Shown: positions 1 through 8,963 of the stretch, piece after piece | Layout of the letters: every line of letters begins with the position of its first letter | Numbering within the stretch: position 1 is the first letter of the stretch | Source of the DNA: a virus | Lineage: Duplodnaviria > Heunggongvirae > Uroviricota > Caudoviricetes > Ackermannviridae | Strand: one strand, 5' to 3' | Length of the DNA stretch: 61,238 nucleotides | IMG/VR virus record: IMGVR_UViG_2974514734_000001 | Location: 96,683 to 157,920 of that record | Program-made: the position numbers and the translations under genes | Notes under the pieces: generated by a model | What the model was told of the DNA's origin: nothing | What the model saw: the letters and a program-made list of their open reading frames with translations, nothing else | The model's database searches: none

Positions 1-190
1 TACTATGGCACATGCGCCTACCCAGTCTCAGGAACCCCAGTGCCCGACAGCGCAGGAAAGTCTGAACCAACAACAATCTCAGCCTTCTAATGCACAGCAA
101 TCTGTTCCAGCCAATAATGGTGGTGCGGGTGCCGATGCGAAACAGACGGCTTCCATTGATGAGTTCGAGCAGTTCCTGAAGCAAGACTAA
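1..190 (+). CDS. 32: C-terminal end of single-stranded DNA-binding protein (gp32-like), 5'-truncated
   Basis: Q/S/A-rich linker ending in acidic tail ASIDEFEQFLKQD; position next to gp54/gp2 as in Vi01-like phages. Confidence 0.6.
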   Translation, partial: TMAHAPTQSQEPQCPTAQESLNQQQSQPSNAQQSVPANNGGAGADAKQTASIDEFEQFLKQD

Positions 191-197
191 TTTCACT

Positions 198-218
198 AAA
201 GCCCCTTCGGGGGCTTTT
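198..218. terminator. Bidirectional intrinsic terminator (UUCG loop)
   Basis: aaagcccc-ttcg-ggggctttt between convergent genes. Confidence 0.85.
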
Positions 219-1159
219 TAGTTTTTAACGACGTCCTGCAACAATCCGAGTAAACTACTCTTCTCAGACGCCGTCAGGTTATCATTGCCTAATATATCCC
301 TCTGGATGCCGATAGAGATCCTTTCGAAGTCTGCCAGGCTGATACCCGCCAAATTATTTACAAGCTGATCGAGTTGCTTATAAGCCAGCAGGGCTTCACC
401 TGTGAAGTTTCCTTCTTTGATCTTTTTATACAGCTGTCCGGCTTTTGACGCAGCGGTTTCCCAGTCTCCGGAAGCAAGAGCATCAGTAATACCCAAAGGA
501 AGAAAATCGCTGGCGAGGCTGCGCGTTTCATATTCAGTCTCCGATAATACTTTGTTATAAGAAAAGGAAATGTTGTACTGATTAAATTGATCGGCGGCGC
601 TTTTATCCAGATCTATAGAACTGAAGTTGATGGGGTGAGCCTCAGTCACATAAACGCGATGAACAACCTGATCTTCTGTATCCATTTGCTCTATACAAAT
701 ATCGGTCACGAAATCTTCATAATAACCCATCTTGGTTGTGTATGGGTCGAATATCAGATTCTTCCATTTGTCCATGACCGACTTTTCATAATAATCGTTG
801 GCGAGGAGGAACGACAACTCCAGATCAATGTTCGTCTTGTTGTTCGGCATTTTAATGTGGTTGCCGTTGTTGGTCATGGGAGTAGTGTCAATCCCTGTAC
901 CAGGTAAAGATGCGACCATACACATCATTTGCAGGGAACGAGATGTTTGGTTTGTCCCTCCAAAGAATGCGTTTACAATACGGGCGCTTTGTTTGAATAA
1001 ATCGCCGAATGAAGATGAAGGATATGCGTTCCCATCATTTGCTAGTGTCGCATTGGAATCAAATATTCCAGGCGGCAACGGAATTGTAACACGAAATCTG
1101 TTCTTGCGGGAAATACCCCGTTGAAGCAGTTGCGTTAGAAAATTGCGATAGTCTTCCAC
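218..1159 (-). CDS. 54: Baseplate tail-tube initiator (gp54-like); start corrected to GTG 1159
   Basis: gp19/gp54 tube-fold motifs (KWKNLIFDP, ICIEQMD, EAHPINFSSIDLD); GGAG RBS before GTG; late promoter upstream. Confidence 0.75.
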   Translation of the reverse strand: MEDYRNFLTQLLQRGISRKNRFRVTIPLPPGIFDSNATLANDGNAYPSSSFGDLFKQSARIVNAFFGGTNQTSRSLQMMCMVASLPGTGIDTTPMTNNGNHIKMPNNKTNIDLELSFLLANDYYEKSVMDKWKNLIFDPYTTKMGYYEDFVTDICIEQMDTEDQVVHRVYVTEAHPINFSSIDLDKSAADQFNQYNISFSYNKVLSETEYETRSLASDFLPLGITDALASGDWETAASKAGQLYKKIKEGNFTGEALLAYKQLDQLVNNLAGISLADFERISIGIQRDILGNDNLTASEKSSLLGLLQDVVKN

Positions 1160-1193
1160 GATGAGGACTCCATTTAAATAATATATCTGTTGA

Positions 1194-1201
1194 TATTTAT
1201 A
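1194..1201 (-). promoter_or_regulatory. T4-type late promoter TATAAATA
   Basis: Exact T4 late consensus about 35 nt upstream of the gp54-like start. Confidence 0.75.
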
Positions 1202-1213
1202 AGGAGTTGACAA

Positions 1214-1918
1214 ATGGCTAAGAACGCTATGGGTGAAGAAGACCCGTTGTTGCTTCCCGCCGAGATGGACGCCCCAGAACTGGTCAAGCGTTACATCCGC
1301 AAATATCGTCAACATTTTGGGCCGGAAGCGAAGCGTAATATCCGTCGTTCTCATGTGTGGTTTATGGAGCGCGTATCGAAAGATGCTAACTTATCTCCGA
1401 ATCACATGATGAAAGCATTCGCTGAAAATAAACGTCCTGTTCAGGGTGTGCGTTATATTGTTGGTCGCATGTATTATTTCAAATATGATGCGCTGACTAA
1501 AGATGAACTCCCGTATTGGGATATGTATCCTCTGGTGTTCTTCTTCAATTTTGTGAAGGGGGATGGGGTGAAATTCGGTGAACGTGGTGTAACCTATCTT
1601 TATGGCCTAAACCTCCATTATTTACCGCCTAAACTCAGATTGTTGGTATTTGAAGATCTCATTAAATTGAGAAATGAACGGGCATATCGTTCTAAAACAC
1701 GTTTGAGACTTACCTGGGATGCCCTGAAACGGTTCGCCAATCACCCTCTGTACAACCATTGTGTGAAACTGTACCGCGCTGATCAATTTCGTTCACAACT
1801 TTATGAAATTGAACCGCAATATTGGGAGGTCGTTTTGTTTATGCGTACTGCTCGATTCCAGAAACAGAGTCAGATGTCTGTTTGGAAGGACGCACGTCGT
1901 AAACACAAAAATGGTTAG
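1214..1918 (+). CDS. 2: DNA end protector protein (gp2-like)
   Basis: MYYFKYDA.TKDELPYWDMYPLVF, GLNLHYLPP and W..V.FM.TARF motifs. Confidence 0.9.
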   Translation: MAKNAMGEEDPLLLPAEMDAPELVKRYIRKYRQHFGPEAKRNIRRSHVWFMERVSKDANLSPNHMMKAFAENKRPVQGVRYIVGRMYYFKYDALTKDELPYWDMYPLVFFFNFVKGDGVKFGERGVTYLYGLNLHYLPPKLRLLVFEDLIKLRNERAYRSKTRLRLTWDALKRFANHPLYNHCVKLYRADQFRSQLYEIEPQYWEVVLFMRTARFQKQSQMSVWKDARRKHKNG

Positions 1919-1979
1919 TTCTAAAAGCCGTTCTACGTGATAATTCGCGAACGGCTTTCTATAAACATGAGGTTATGAT

Positions 1980-2726
1980 ATGTCACAGCTACATCGTATT
2001 TTTGGTATTGAATTCAGTTCTAATTGCGTCCGCTATGATCGCACCCATAAAGATTCGGGTGGTAAAACCGGATATGAACTCGGTAGCCAGTTGGGATATT
2101 CCAAGGAACAATTGTTCAATCAGCACAGGCTGAATGAAACGGATCTTCTTAAGGTTATGAGTATTGAACTTGATTCTGAAGCCAGCTTGGATCTGGGCGA
2201 CGAAATTCGTTTTGGCAAACCAGAAGCATTGGAATTCATTGAAGACTTCGTTTCTGGTTATACCCAAGCCGCTACGAACCGCCGCGCTGCTAATGATGCA
2301 GTGGGTAAATTCTACTTTGCGGCGAAATATCTTGCCGACAAACGTATACAGATGGAAGCGGAATTCAGTAAAGAAAATCTGAAAGCAGTTTTCGGCGAAG
2401 AAGGCGATTTCCGTTTAATGCCGGAATCTGGCACTGATTCAGCTCGTGATTTCTTTGAAAAACCATTTGTGGTCAAAGGCTGTAAAATTCTTACCGACGA
2501 AGACCACGCTTTCGCAATCCATACTGAAGTCGTTTACAATGAAGAGAATTGCCTTGTTATTTCCAGATTGTTCAACAGTCTGTCATATACAGCGTATTCT
2601 TTGATTGAACGTTGTATGGAAGAAGAGCATCGTCAGGTAGTGGTGAATAAAATTCGCTTACACGTTGAGCAGAATTTTAACGGGTTTGGTTGTGAATCCG
2701 GCGAAATCCCTAATTTCTATCTGTAG
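1980..2726 (+). CDS. Hypothetical protein
   Basis: 248 aa ORF with GAGG RBS; no recognisable motif. Confidence 0.75.
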   Translation: MSQLHRIFGIEFSSNCVRYDRTHKDSGGKTGYELGSQLGYSKEQLFNQHRLNETDLLKVMSIELDSEASLDLGDEIRFGKPEALEFIEDFVSGYTQAATNRRAANDAVGKFYFAAKYLADKRIQMEAEFSKENLKAVFGEEGDFRLMPESGTDSARDFFEKPFVVKGCKILTDEDHAFAIHTEVVYNEENCLVISRLFNSLSYTAYSLIERCMEEEHRQVVVNKIRLHVEQNFNGFGCESGEIPNFYL

Positions 2727-2743
2727 CACAAGCAGGGGGCTGT

Positions 2744-3031
2744 ATGAAGAAATATGTTCGTCTGAACACGGTACTGGAATCTGTAATCGAATATTTCATA
2801 ATGCAGCACCTGAGAGCAGAAAATGATCATGTGAGCGATGCTTTGACTTATGACCACCGGATAGTGGTTCATTCCGTCGAAATAGTGGACGACGAATTGT
2901 TGATTGCCAACATAGAACATGCTCTCTGGGACGAAGTTTTGGACCAGTATGTTCAACCCAAATTCACACAAATCGAGTTGTCTGCCATGTGGCCACCTGA
3001 AACAGTTTTCAATATTGAAATACAAAGTTAA
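2744..3031 (+). CDS. Hypothetical protein
   Basis: 95 aa ORF with GGGGG RBS, co-oriented with neighbours. Confidence 0.65.
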   Translation: MKKYVRLNTVLESVIEYFIMQHLRAENDHVSDALTYDHRIVVHSVEIVDDELLIANIEHALWDEVLDQYVQPKFTQIELSAMWPPETVFNIEIQS

Positions 3032-3094
3032 TATTCACTCCAGTCCACGCTGATACAGCGTTCCGTTGTCTAACACAGAAGTGTTAACCAACTT

Positions 3095-3139
3095 TTCAAT
3101 AAAAAGTGGTTTACATCTTCTAAAAAGGCAGTATATTAA
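3095..3139 (+). promoter_or_regulatory. Sigma70-like early promoter (TTTACA...TATATT) with upstream TTCAATA
   Basis: ttcaataaaaagtggTTTACAtcttctaaaaaggcagTATATT in an intergenic gap. Confidence 0.6.
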
Positions 3140-3204
3140 TGTTCCAGACGCACAGTTGAACATTAGACTGCCAAAGAAGGTTACTACACAAAAGGGTTTT
3201 TATT

Positions 3205-4164
3205 ATGTCCTATATTCTTCATATCGAGTCCGGCCTGAAATTTGAAATTGATGGTAAAACCGCTGCTGATCTTCAAGCAGAAATCAAAGGTGCAGACCTT
3301 ATCATCGGCAACGTCACGCTACGCCGTATGATGGAAGGCGTCCTCCAGTCAGCCAACGGCTTTGAACTCATTGAAGGTCTGAGCCAGGAAGAGAAAGAAG
3401 AGACTCTCGAAGCTCTTGACCGCGCTGAAGCCGAAAAAGTTAAACCGACCGAAGATGCGGGGGTTAAACAGGGCGACGGTGAATCAAATCCGGTGATTGA
3501 CGCCGAAGAAACGGTTGGGCAACCTGTCGGTGATCAAATTTCCCAGACCGTCGAAGACGGTTCTCTTGAAGTCAACAAAGACGGTTCCATTTCCCTGGTA
3601 GTTGAAGGCGAAGAAGTTCTTGACGAAGAAGCGCAAGCCCGTGCTGAAGAAGTTCGCCGTCGTATGCTGGGCACAACCGTTGCTGAAGCAATCGCCGACG
3701 TTGAAAATCCGAAGGATGATCAGGCTTTAGCGAACGCGAAGGCGGTTCTGGCCAAGAAATCTTCTGAAATGCGCCCTGCATCTTCTACCGAAGAACGCAA
3801 GCGTCGTCATAACAAGCGTGAAGAAATGGTTGAAGCGGCTCGCGCATCCAATTATGGTCCTATCCTGGCTGCGGTTGAATCAGGGGTTGTGCCTGGGGTT
3901 TATTTGAGCTATGTGAATCCGGATATGCGCTGGTTCCAGTTCCCTGTTACCGAACTGGCAGATGAAGCCAATCCACACGCCCGCACCAATACTTATGTTG
4001 ATCTGGCGCCAATCGTTTCCGGCGGCTGGGGGTTCAGTCTGTATGTGAATGGTAAATCATTCACCAAACGCCAGAAAATCAAAGAAACTGATGCCGAATC
4101 TCTGGTGAAAGCAATCAATGAATGGTTGCCTCAGGCGTTGGCCGAAGCGAAAGCTGCTGCGTAA
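3205..4164 (+). CDS. Acidic hypothetical protein, probably early
   Basis: 319 aa ORF, E/A-rich, downstream of the promoter. Confidence 0.8.
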   Translation: MSYILHIESGLKFEIDGKTAADLQAEIKGADLIIGNVTLRRMMEGVLQSANGFELIEGLSQEEKEETLEALDRAEAEKVKPTEDAGVKQGDGESNPVIDAEETVGQPVGDQISQTVEDGSLEVNKDGSISLVVEGEEVLDEEAQARAEEVRRRMLGTTVAEAIADVENPKDDQALANAKAVLAKKSSEMRPASSTEERKRRHNKREEMVEAARASNYGPILAAVESGVVPGVYLSYVNPDMRWFQFPVTELADEANPHARTNTYVDLAPIVSGGWGFSLYVNGKSFTKRQKIKETDAESLVKAINEWLPQALAEAKAAA

Positions 4165-4179
4165 TTTAATTCAGAAGCG

Positions 4180-4220
4180 TTCAATAGATAAAGGGGCTGC
4201 TATAATAGCAGCTCCTTTTG
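4180..4220 (+). promoter_or_regulatory. TTCAAT-N15-TATAAT promoter overlapping a terminator hairpin
   Basis: TTCAAT 4180-4185 and TATAAT 4201-4206 at the apex of the aaggggctgcta/tagcagctcctt stem followed by a T-run. Confidence 0.7.
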
Positions 4221-4236
4221 TTTATTGGAGCATGTC

Positions 4237-4899
4237 ATGTCTTATTCGCTCAAAGGGCTGTTGAAGCGCCCTGTGCATTTGTTTGTCAAACCACCTGCTG
4301 TAGAAGGGGAATATTCGGCACGAGGAGAGTTGTATTACATTAAAGGCTCCAATGGTAGTGGTAAGTCTACTGTGCCTTCTTATTTGGCGGAGAATGATCC
4401 TCAGGCGTATGTCGTAACCCATAACAGTAAGATCATGCTCACGGTTTGTCCATCTTACAATATTGTCTGTGTCGGTAAATATGACAAGTCTAAGTCCAAA
4501 GGGGTTGATTCTCTGAAGGATACTGAGCAGATGTTGTTCGCGTTGTCTATTTCTGACCAACCAGAATACCTGAAATATGATGTGATTTTCGAAGGCATCA
4601 TTCCGTCTACATTATTGAGTTCTTGGATCCCCCGCCTGACACGCCCACCACGTGAATTGGTCGTCCTCTTTATGGATACCCCTCTTGAAACCTGTATTGC
4701 CCGTGTTAAATCGCGTAACGGTGGCGCAGACTTCAATGAAAGTCTGGTGGTCGAGAAGTGGGAGAGAGTTCATGATCACCGTCAACGGCATAAAGGCTTG
4801 TTCCCTACCGTTCCCGCAGGTATGATGAAGTCCGATGGCCTGACTGTAGAGCAGGCTGTTTTTGCGTTTCTCAATCGTGATTTTGGGAGTATTGATTGA
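4237..4899 (+). CDS. P-loop kinase, probable 5-hmdU DNA kinase (5-HMUDK)
   Basis: Walker A GSNGSGKS, VIFEG Walker B; directly upstream of the dUMP hydroxymethylase. Confidence 0.75.
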   Translation: MSYSLKGLLKRPVHLFVKPPAVEGEYSARGELYYIKGSNGSGKSTVPSYLAENDPQAYVVTHNSKIMLTVCPSYNIVCVGKYDKSKSKGVDSLKDTEQMLFALSISDQPEYLKYDVIFEGIIPSTLLSSWIPRLTRPPRELVVLFMDTPLETCIARVKSRNGGADFNESLVVEKWERVHDHRQRHKGLFPTVPAGMMKSDGLTVEQAVFAFLNRDFGSID

Positions 4900-5939
4900 T
4901 GGAAATTTTTGCTCTAAATAATAATGACATGCTCAAGAAAGCTGTGTTGGCTATCCGTGAACACGGGATTGAGTCAGATCCTGGCAACGCAGAGATTAAC
5001 ACTGACGGGACTCGTTTTATTGATGGCGTGACGATTACGGTGGCTGATCCTCGAGATCGTTGGTTATCTGTTGAAGGTCGTAATTCATCTGCGCTTGCTG
5101 CGATTGGTGAAACATTCTGGGTTCTGTCAGGCCGCAATGACATCCGTTTCCTTTCCCGAGTCCTCCCTCGTGCGGTCAACTTCTCGGATGATGGCGTAAC
5201 GTGGCGTGGTGCTTACGGACCACGTCTGTACAACTATGGCCAGCTGGATAGTGTTATCAACCGTTTGCGCAATAACCCCAACACCCGTCAGGCGTATCTC
5301 ACCATCTATGATCCAGCTCTGGACTCAGATGAAAGTTTGGCCGCGCATAGTGAAACAGGAGAAGCCAAGACTAAAGACATGATCTGTAATCTGGCTTTAT
5401 TGTTCAGTATAACAGAAGGGCAGTTGAACATCACGGTCATCAACCGAAGTCAGGATGTCCTCTGGGGTATGAGTTCAATCAACTTCATTGAATTCTCCAT
5501 TTTGCAGGAAGTATTGGCGAAGGTGCTGAACGTGGAAGTCGGGAATTATAAACTGTTCTCGAATAACCTTCACTATTACAACAACGAAGTCAGTCGGAAG
5601 CAACTCGGGAACATAACCAACAAGACCAGAACTTCTACTGGTATGTACAATTCTTTGTTGGAATTCTCTTCAGAAAAGGTGAAATGTCAAGAAAACATCC
5701 AAAATCTGTTCCTCGGTGCACTTCATCACTGTGACATTGGCAGTGAATTTGGTAAAATCCGAGAGCATTTGAAGGAATATAACGCAGATACAGGTTTGAT
5801 GATGGATATGTCATATTGTCTGTGGTGTCGTCTTAATGATACCAAAATTGATAAACGTCGGATTGCTGATGATGGTCTTCGTAATGCGTTGTTACAATCC
5901 CCTGTTGATCAGAAATTTATGTGGGGGTATGGCGAATGA
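4899..5939 (+). CDS. Thymidylate-synthase-fold dUMP hydroxymethylase
   Basis: TS motifs GAYGPR, RQAYLTIYDP, catalytic ICN, RSQD; 5-hmdU gene context. Confidence 0.85.
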   Translation: MEIFALNNNDMLKKAVLAIREHGIESDPGNAEINTDGTRFIDGVTITVADPRDRWLSVEGRNSSALAAIGETFWVLSGRNDIRFLSRVLPRAVNFSDDGVTWRGAYGPRLYNYGQLDSVINRLRNNPNTRQAYLTIYDPALDSDESLAAHSETGEAKTKDMICNLALLFSITEGQLNITVINRSQDVLWGMSSINFIEFSILQEVLAKVLNVEVGNYKLFSNNLHYYNNEVSRKQLGNITNKTRTSTGMYNSLLEFSSEKVKCQENIQNLFLGALHHCDIGSEFGKIREHLKEYNADTGLMMDMSYCLWCRLNDTKIDKRRIADDGLRNALLQSPVDQKFMWGYGE

Positions 5940-6505
5940 TGTACCAGAACCTTGAATTCTTTACGGGGCGTAAGCGCTCCGGCAAGGACTTCTGTTTGGA
6001 GTCCCTGATCAGTTTTCATCATATTCAGGGTGATAAGGATATTCGTCGTCTGTCTTTCTCGGATGAGCTGCGCCGTGTTGCCAACTACATCTACCCGTGG
6101 CTGCCTGAGGAGGTAGAGGATGCCGTGAAGGACGTTCCTTACGTGCACCCTGATAACCCCAAGGGCTTAACTCCACGACAGATATGGCTTCATCTCGGCA
6201 GCGATACGGGCTTGCGTTACGTACAGCCTGATCTGTTCCTGGCGTTCTTCAAGCGCTTCCAGCTTCCTCTGGTAGAGCAGAACCCTCACGTCCATTATAT
6301 CGTGAGCGACCTGCGCACCCCCCAGGAATATGAATGGGCGCTGAGTACGAAATGTCCTATCACCCGCATTTCAAAGGCCGACCGCGCTGGTATCATAGAG
6401 GACGATATAGAGGCTTTCATTGATAAGATGGAAGTTGATTATGAATTTGTCAATCCGTTTGAAGGTTGGCAACCGTTCGTCAAATTTTATAGGGATCGGA
6501 AATGA
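5936..6505 (+). CDS. Deoxynucleoside monophosphate kinase (gp1-like)
   Basis: FTGRKRSGKD P-loop, SFSDELR, TPRQIW..LG, VSDLR..QE motifs. Confidence 0.85.
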   Translation: MMYQNLEFFTGRKRSGKDFCLESLISFHHIQGDKDIRRLSFSDELRRVANYIYPWLPEEVEDAVKDVPYVHPDNPKGLTPRQIWLHLGSDTGLRYVQPDLFLAFFKRFQLPLVEQNPHVHYIVSDLRTPQEYEWALSTKCPITRISKADRAGIIEDDIEAFIDKMEVDYEFVNPFEGWQPFVKFYRDRK

Positions 6506-7050
6506 TCACAACAGAACATATTAAAAGTCTGCTCGAACTTCAAAAGGCCACCAACGTGGCCTATTTTGGGGAAGAGTGGAAGAATGTATGGAGTCAGAAC
6601 GCGATCATCAACTCCATCTATCGCGAGTGGGCGGAGTTCCTTGACGAAACCACCCGCGACTGGAAGGTCTATGGTAACGACATCGGGTTTCACCATGCGA
6701 ACGCAGTCTATGAACTGGTGGACGTGGTTCACTTCATGCTGTGTTTCATCCTCGTCGATCGCACCAAAGGAGAGATTGAAGAAGAAATGGAGAATCTTGG
6801 CCGACGGCTCGTCCCAGGGACGAGTTCAGTAGGGCATCGCAATGTTACGTATCGCCTTGGGCAGTTCATGAACGATCCTTGCGTCGAGACTCTCATGGTC
6901 TTCCTATCGACTGTGTGTTCTTACATGGAGATCGACATTGAGACCTACATGCTGGCACACAAGCGCAAAAACGATCGCAATCGGCTGCGTGCTGCTGGCG
7001 GCGCGAATTACGATAAGTCCGCAGAAACCCCTCTGACCCTGGAGTTCTAA
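6502..7050 (+). CDS. Dimeric all-alpha dUTPase / dNTP pyrophosphatase
   Basis: EWAEFLDE, W-K, ELVDVVHF, KNDRNR motifs. Confidence 0.85.
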   Translation: MITTEHIKSLLELQKATNVAYFGEEWKNVWSQNAIINSIYREWAEFLDETTRDWKVYGNDIGFHHANAVYELVDVVHFMLCFILVDRTKGEIEEEMENLGRRLVPGTSSVGHRNVTYRLGQFMNDPCVETLMVFLSTVCSYMEIDIETYMLAHKRKNDRNRLRAAGGANYDKSAETPLTLEF

Positions 7051-7580
7051 TGTTTACAGTTGTCGTATCATATTATGCGGAACATGCCCCGCAAATGGCA
7101 GAGAACTTTGCTGAGTTTATTAAACCTGGCAGACATGTCGTTATCGCGACCAAATTCAACAAAGAACCAGATGGTGCGGCTACTGTAACGCAACATATTA
7201 CAACTCCAGAGCCGGAAACCCTTTTCAAACGTATTGAAGATTTTGCTTTTGGCGGGGAAGAAATTCCAGAGTCATTACAGCATATCTATTTTGAAGATGC
7301 GATATATTATGTTCATGCTATTCCAAAGGATGTTACAACTGAACAAATGATGTATATCCTGAATATCGCATTGAATGTTTCTTGTGTCAACAGGGCACAG
7401 CACAATCGTCTGCGTAATATGTATTTAACAGAACGCGGGGGTTCCGAAATTAACGATGAAAAACTCCCGTCAATAATGGCGATTCACGAAGCAATCAATA
7501 TATTGTCCAAGAAAGTCTTGGGCACCGATTTATTAATTACGATCAACAAGCAAGAGGAAACGAAATGGCCGATTCATTGA
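7050..7580 (+). CDS. Hypothetical protein
   Basis: 176 aa, translationally coupled to both neighbours. Confidence 0.75.
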   Translation: MFTVVVSYYAEHAPQMAENFAEFIKPGRHVVIATKFNKEPDGAATVTQHITTPEPETLFKRIEDFAFGGEEIPESLQHIYFEDAIYYVHAIPKDVTTEQMMYILNIALNVSCVNRAQHNRLRNMYLTERGGSEINDEKLPSIMAIHEAINILSKKVLGTDLLITINKQEETKWPIH

Positions 7581-8650
7581 TGGCTCGCATGCTCAAGACA
7601 GCAAAGAAACTGGACCCGAATGCCGAAGTGCTGTCAAAGACCGATGCGCTGAAGCCTGACATTATTTGCAGTACGGGTATTCCTATTCTGAATTTGGCCT
7701 GGTCCGGTCGTATTGATGGTGGTCTGATATCAGGCATCAAACAGTTGGTGGGGGATTCTCGTACATTCAAAACCATGTTTGGGCTGGTGGATGTTAAGGC
7801 TTACATGGATAAGTTTCCTGATGCAATTTGTATCTTCGCGGATTCAGAAGGCGGTGCGAATGAAAACTACTGGACATCTATGGGTATTGACATGGACCGT
7901 GTCTTGTATCTGCCGATTGAAAACGTTGAAAAGACGAAGATTAAGCTGACACAGCTTCTGAATGATGCTCAGAAAGGTGACAAGATCATCGTATTCATCG
8001 ACTCAATCAGCCAGTTGCCGTCTACCAAAGAAGTTGACGATGCTATCGCGGGCAAAGACACACAAGATATGACTCGCGCTCGCGCTCTCAATAGTTTTTG
8101 GCGTGTTATCACTCCGTTGGTCACTGAAAAGAAATTCGTTTTGGTATGGATCAACTCGTACTATGATGAAATCGGGAACCAATACGCCGAGCCGAACATC
8201 AAAGGCGGTAAACAGGGGTTCCTGTCTTCTAACCAATTGTGGTTCATCACGCGTTCTCAAGTAAAAGAAGACAAAGACCTTTTGGGATGGCAGTTTACAG
8301 TCAACATCATGAAAGGTCGCTTTGTCCGTGAAAAATCCAAGTTCCCTGTCACTGTGTTGTACGAAGGCGGTATTGACCGTTGGTCCGGTATGTTAGAAAT
8401 TGCGCGCATGCTGGGGTATGTGGATTTGGTGAGTGGTTCTTGGTATCAACGTACAGCCAAAGGCGGGTTTGATCCAGAAAAAGAAAAGAAATATCGTAAG
8501 GCAGAGCTGGGGGATGACTTCTGGTATCCGTTGCTGGAAAACCCAGACTTTGTTGACGATGTGAACAACATGTTCGGTATCTCTCAGAGTTCGGTTATGC
8601 CTGCAGATATGCTGGAGCGCCTCGATCATGTCATCAAAACAACCGAGTAA
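7565..8650 (+). CDS. uvsX: RecA-like recombinase UvsX
   Basis: STGIPILNLAWSG, GDSRTFKT Walker A, IFADSEGG, VFIDSI, DMTRAR. Confidence 0.95.
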   Translation: MADSLMARMLKTAKKLDPNAEVLSKTDALKPDIICSTGIPILNLAWSGRIDGGLISGIKQLVGDSRTFKTMFGLVDVKAYMDKFPDAICIFADSEGGANENYWTSMGIDMDRVLYLPIENVEKTKIKLTQLLNDAQKGDKIIVFIDSISQLPSTKEVDDAIAGKDTQDMTRARALNSFWRVITPLVTEKKFVLVWINSYYDEIGNQYAEPNIKGGKQGFLSSNQLWFITRSQVKEDKDLLGWQFTVNIMKGRFVREKSKFPVTVLYEGGIDRWSGMLEIARMLGYVDLVSGSWYQRTAKGGFDPEKEKKYRKAELGDDFWYPLLENPDFVDDVNNMFGISQSSVMPADMLERLDHVIKTTE

Positions 8651-8957
8651 TATTGCAGGGGGAGGAGACTCCCCCGTTAATTACAAAATCATCGACCCTG
8701 GTTCTAATCAGTTAGCTATTATCGAAATAACGGAAGGCAAGTTCCGCGGTGTTCAATTTCGTATAGGAAAAGTGGGTGTCCATGTAGACAATGGAGAACC
8801 TCGGTTATCCTTTACGACGGATATATTGAAGAAACCATGGCGTTTGTTATTTGTTAATTTGAAAGAAAATGACTTGTTCACTGTGGTGTCTGGGGATATC
8901 TTAGTTGATCTGATACAGCAAAATGCTCAGGATTACAACAAAATTTTGGTGGGGTAG
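8628..8957 (+). CDS. Hypothetical protein in the T4 gene 40 position (between uvsX and 41)
   Basis: Synteny with T4 uvsX-40-41; sequence similarity not verifiable by eye. Confidence 0.55.
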   Translation: MSSKQPSNIAGGGDSPVNYKIIDPGSNQLAIIEITEGKFRGVQFRIGKVGVHVDNGEPRLSFTTDILKKPWRLLFVNLKENDLFTVVSGDILVDLIQQNAQDYNKILVG

Positions 8958-8963
8958 TTGCCA

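Noticed and set aside
1160-1354. 5' extension of the gp54-like ORF in the track
   Set aside because: It overlaps gp2 on the opposite strand and spans the late promoter; GTG 1159 has the RBS.
4899-5939. T4-type dCMP hydroxymethylase (hmC DNA)
   Set aside because: No glucosyltransferase or dCTPase here; the dCMP deaminase, dUTPase and 5-HMUDK context points to 5-hmdU.
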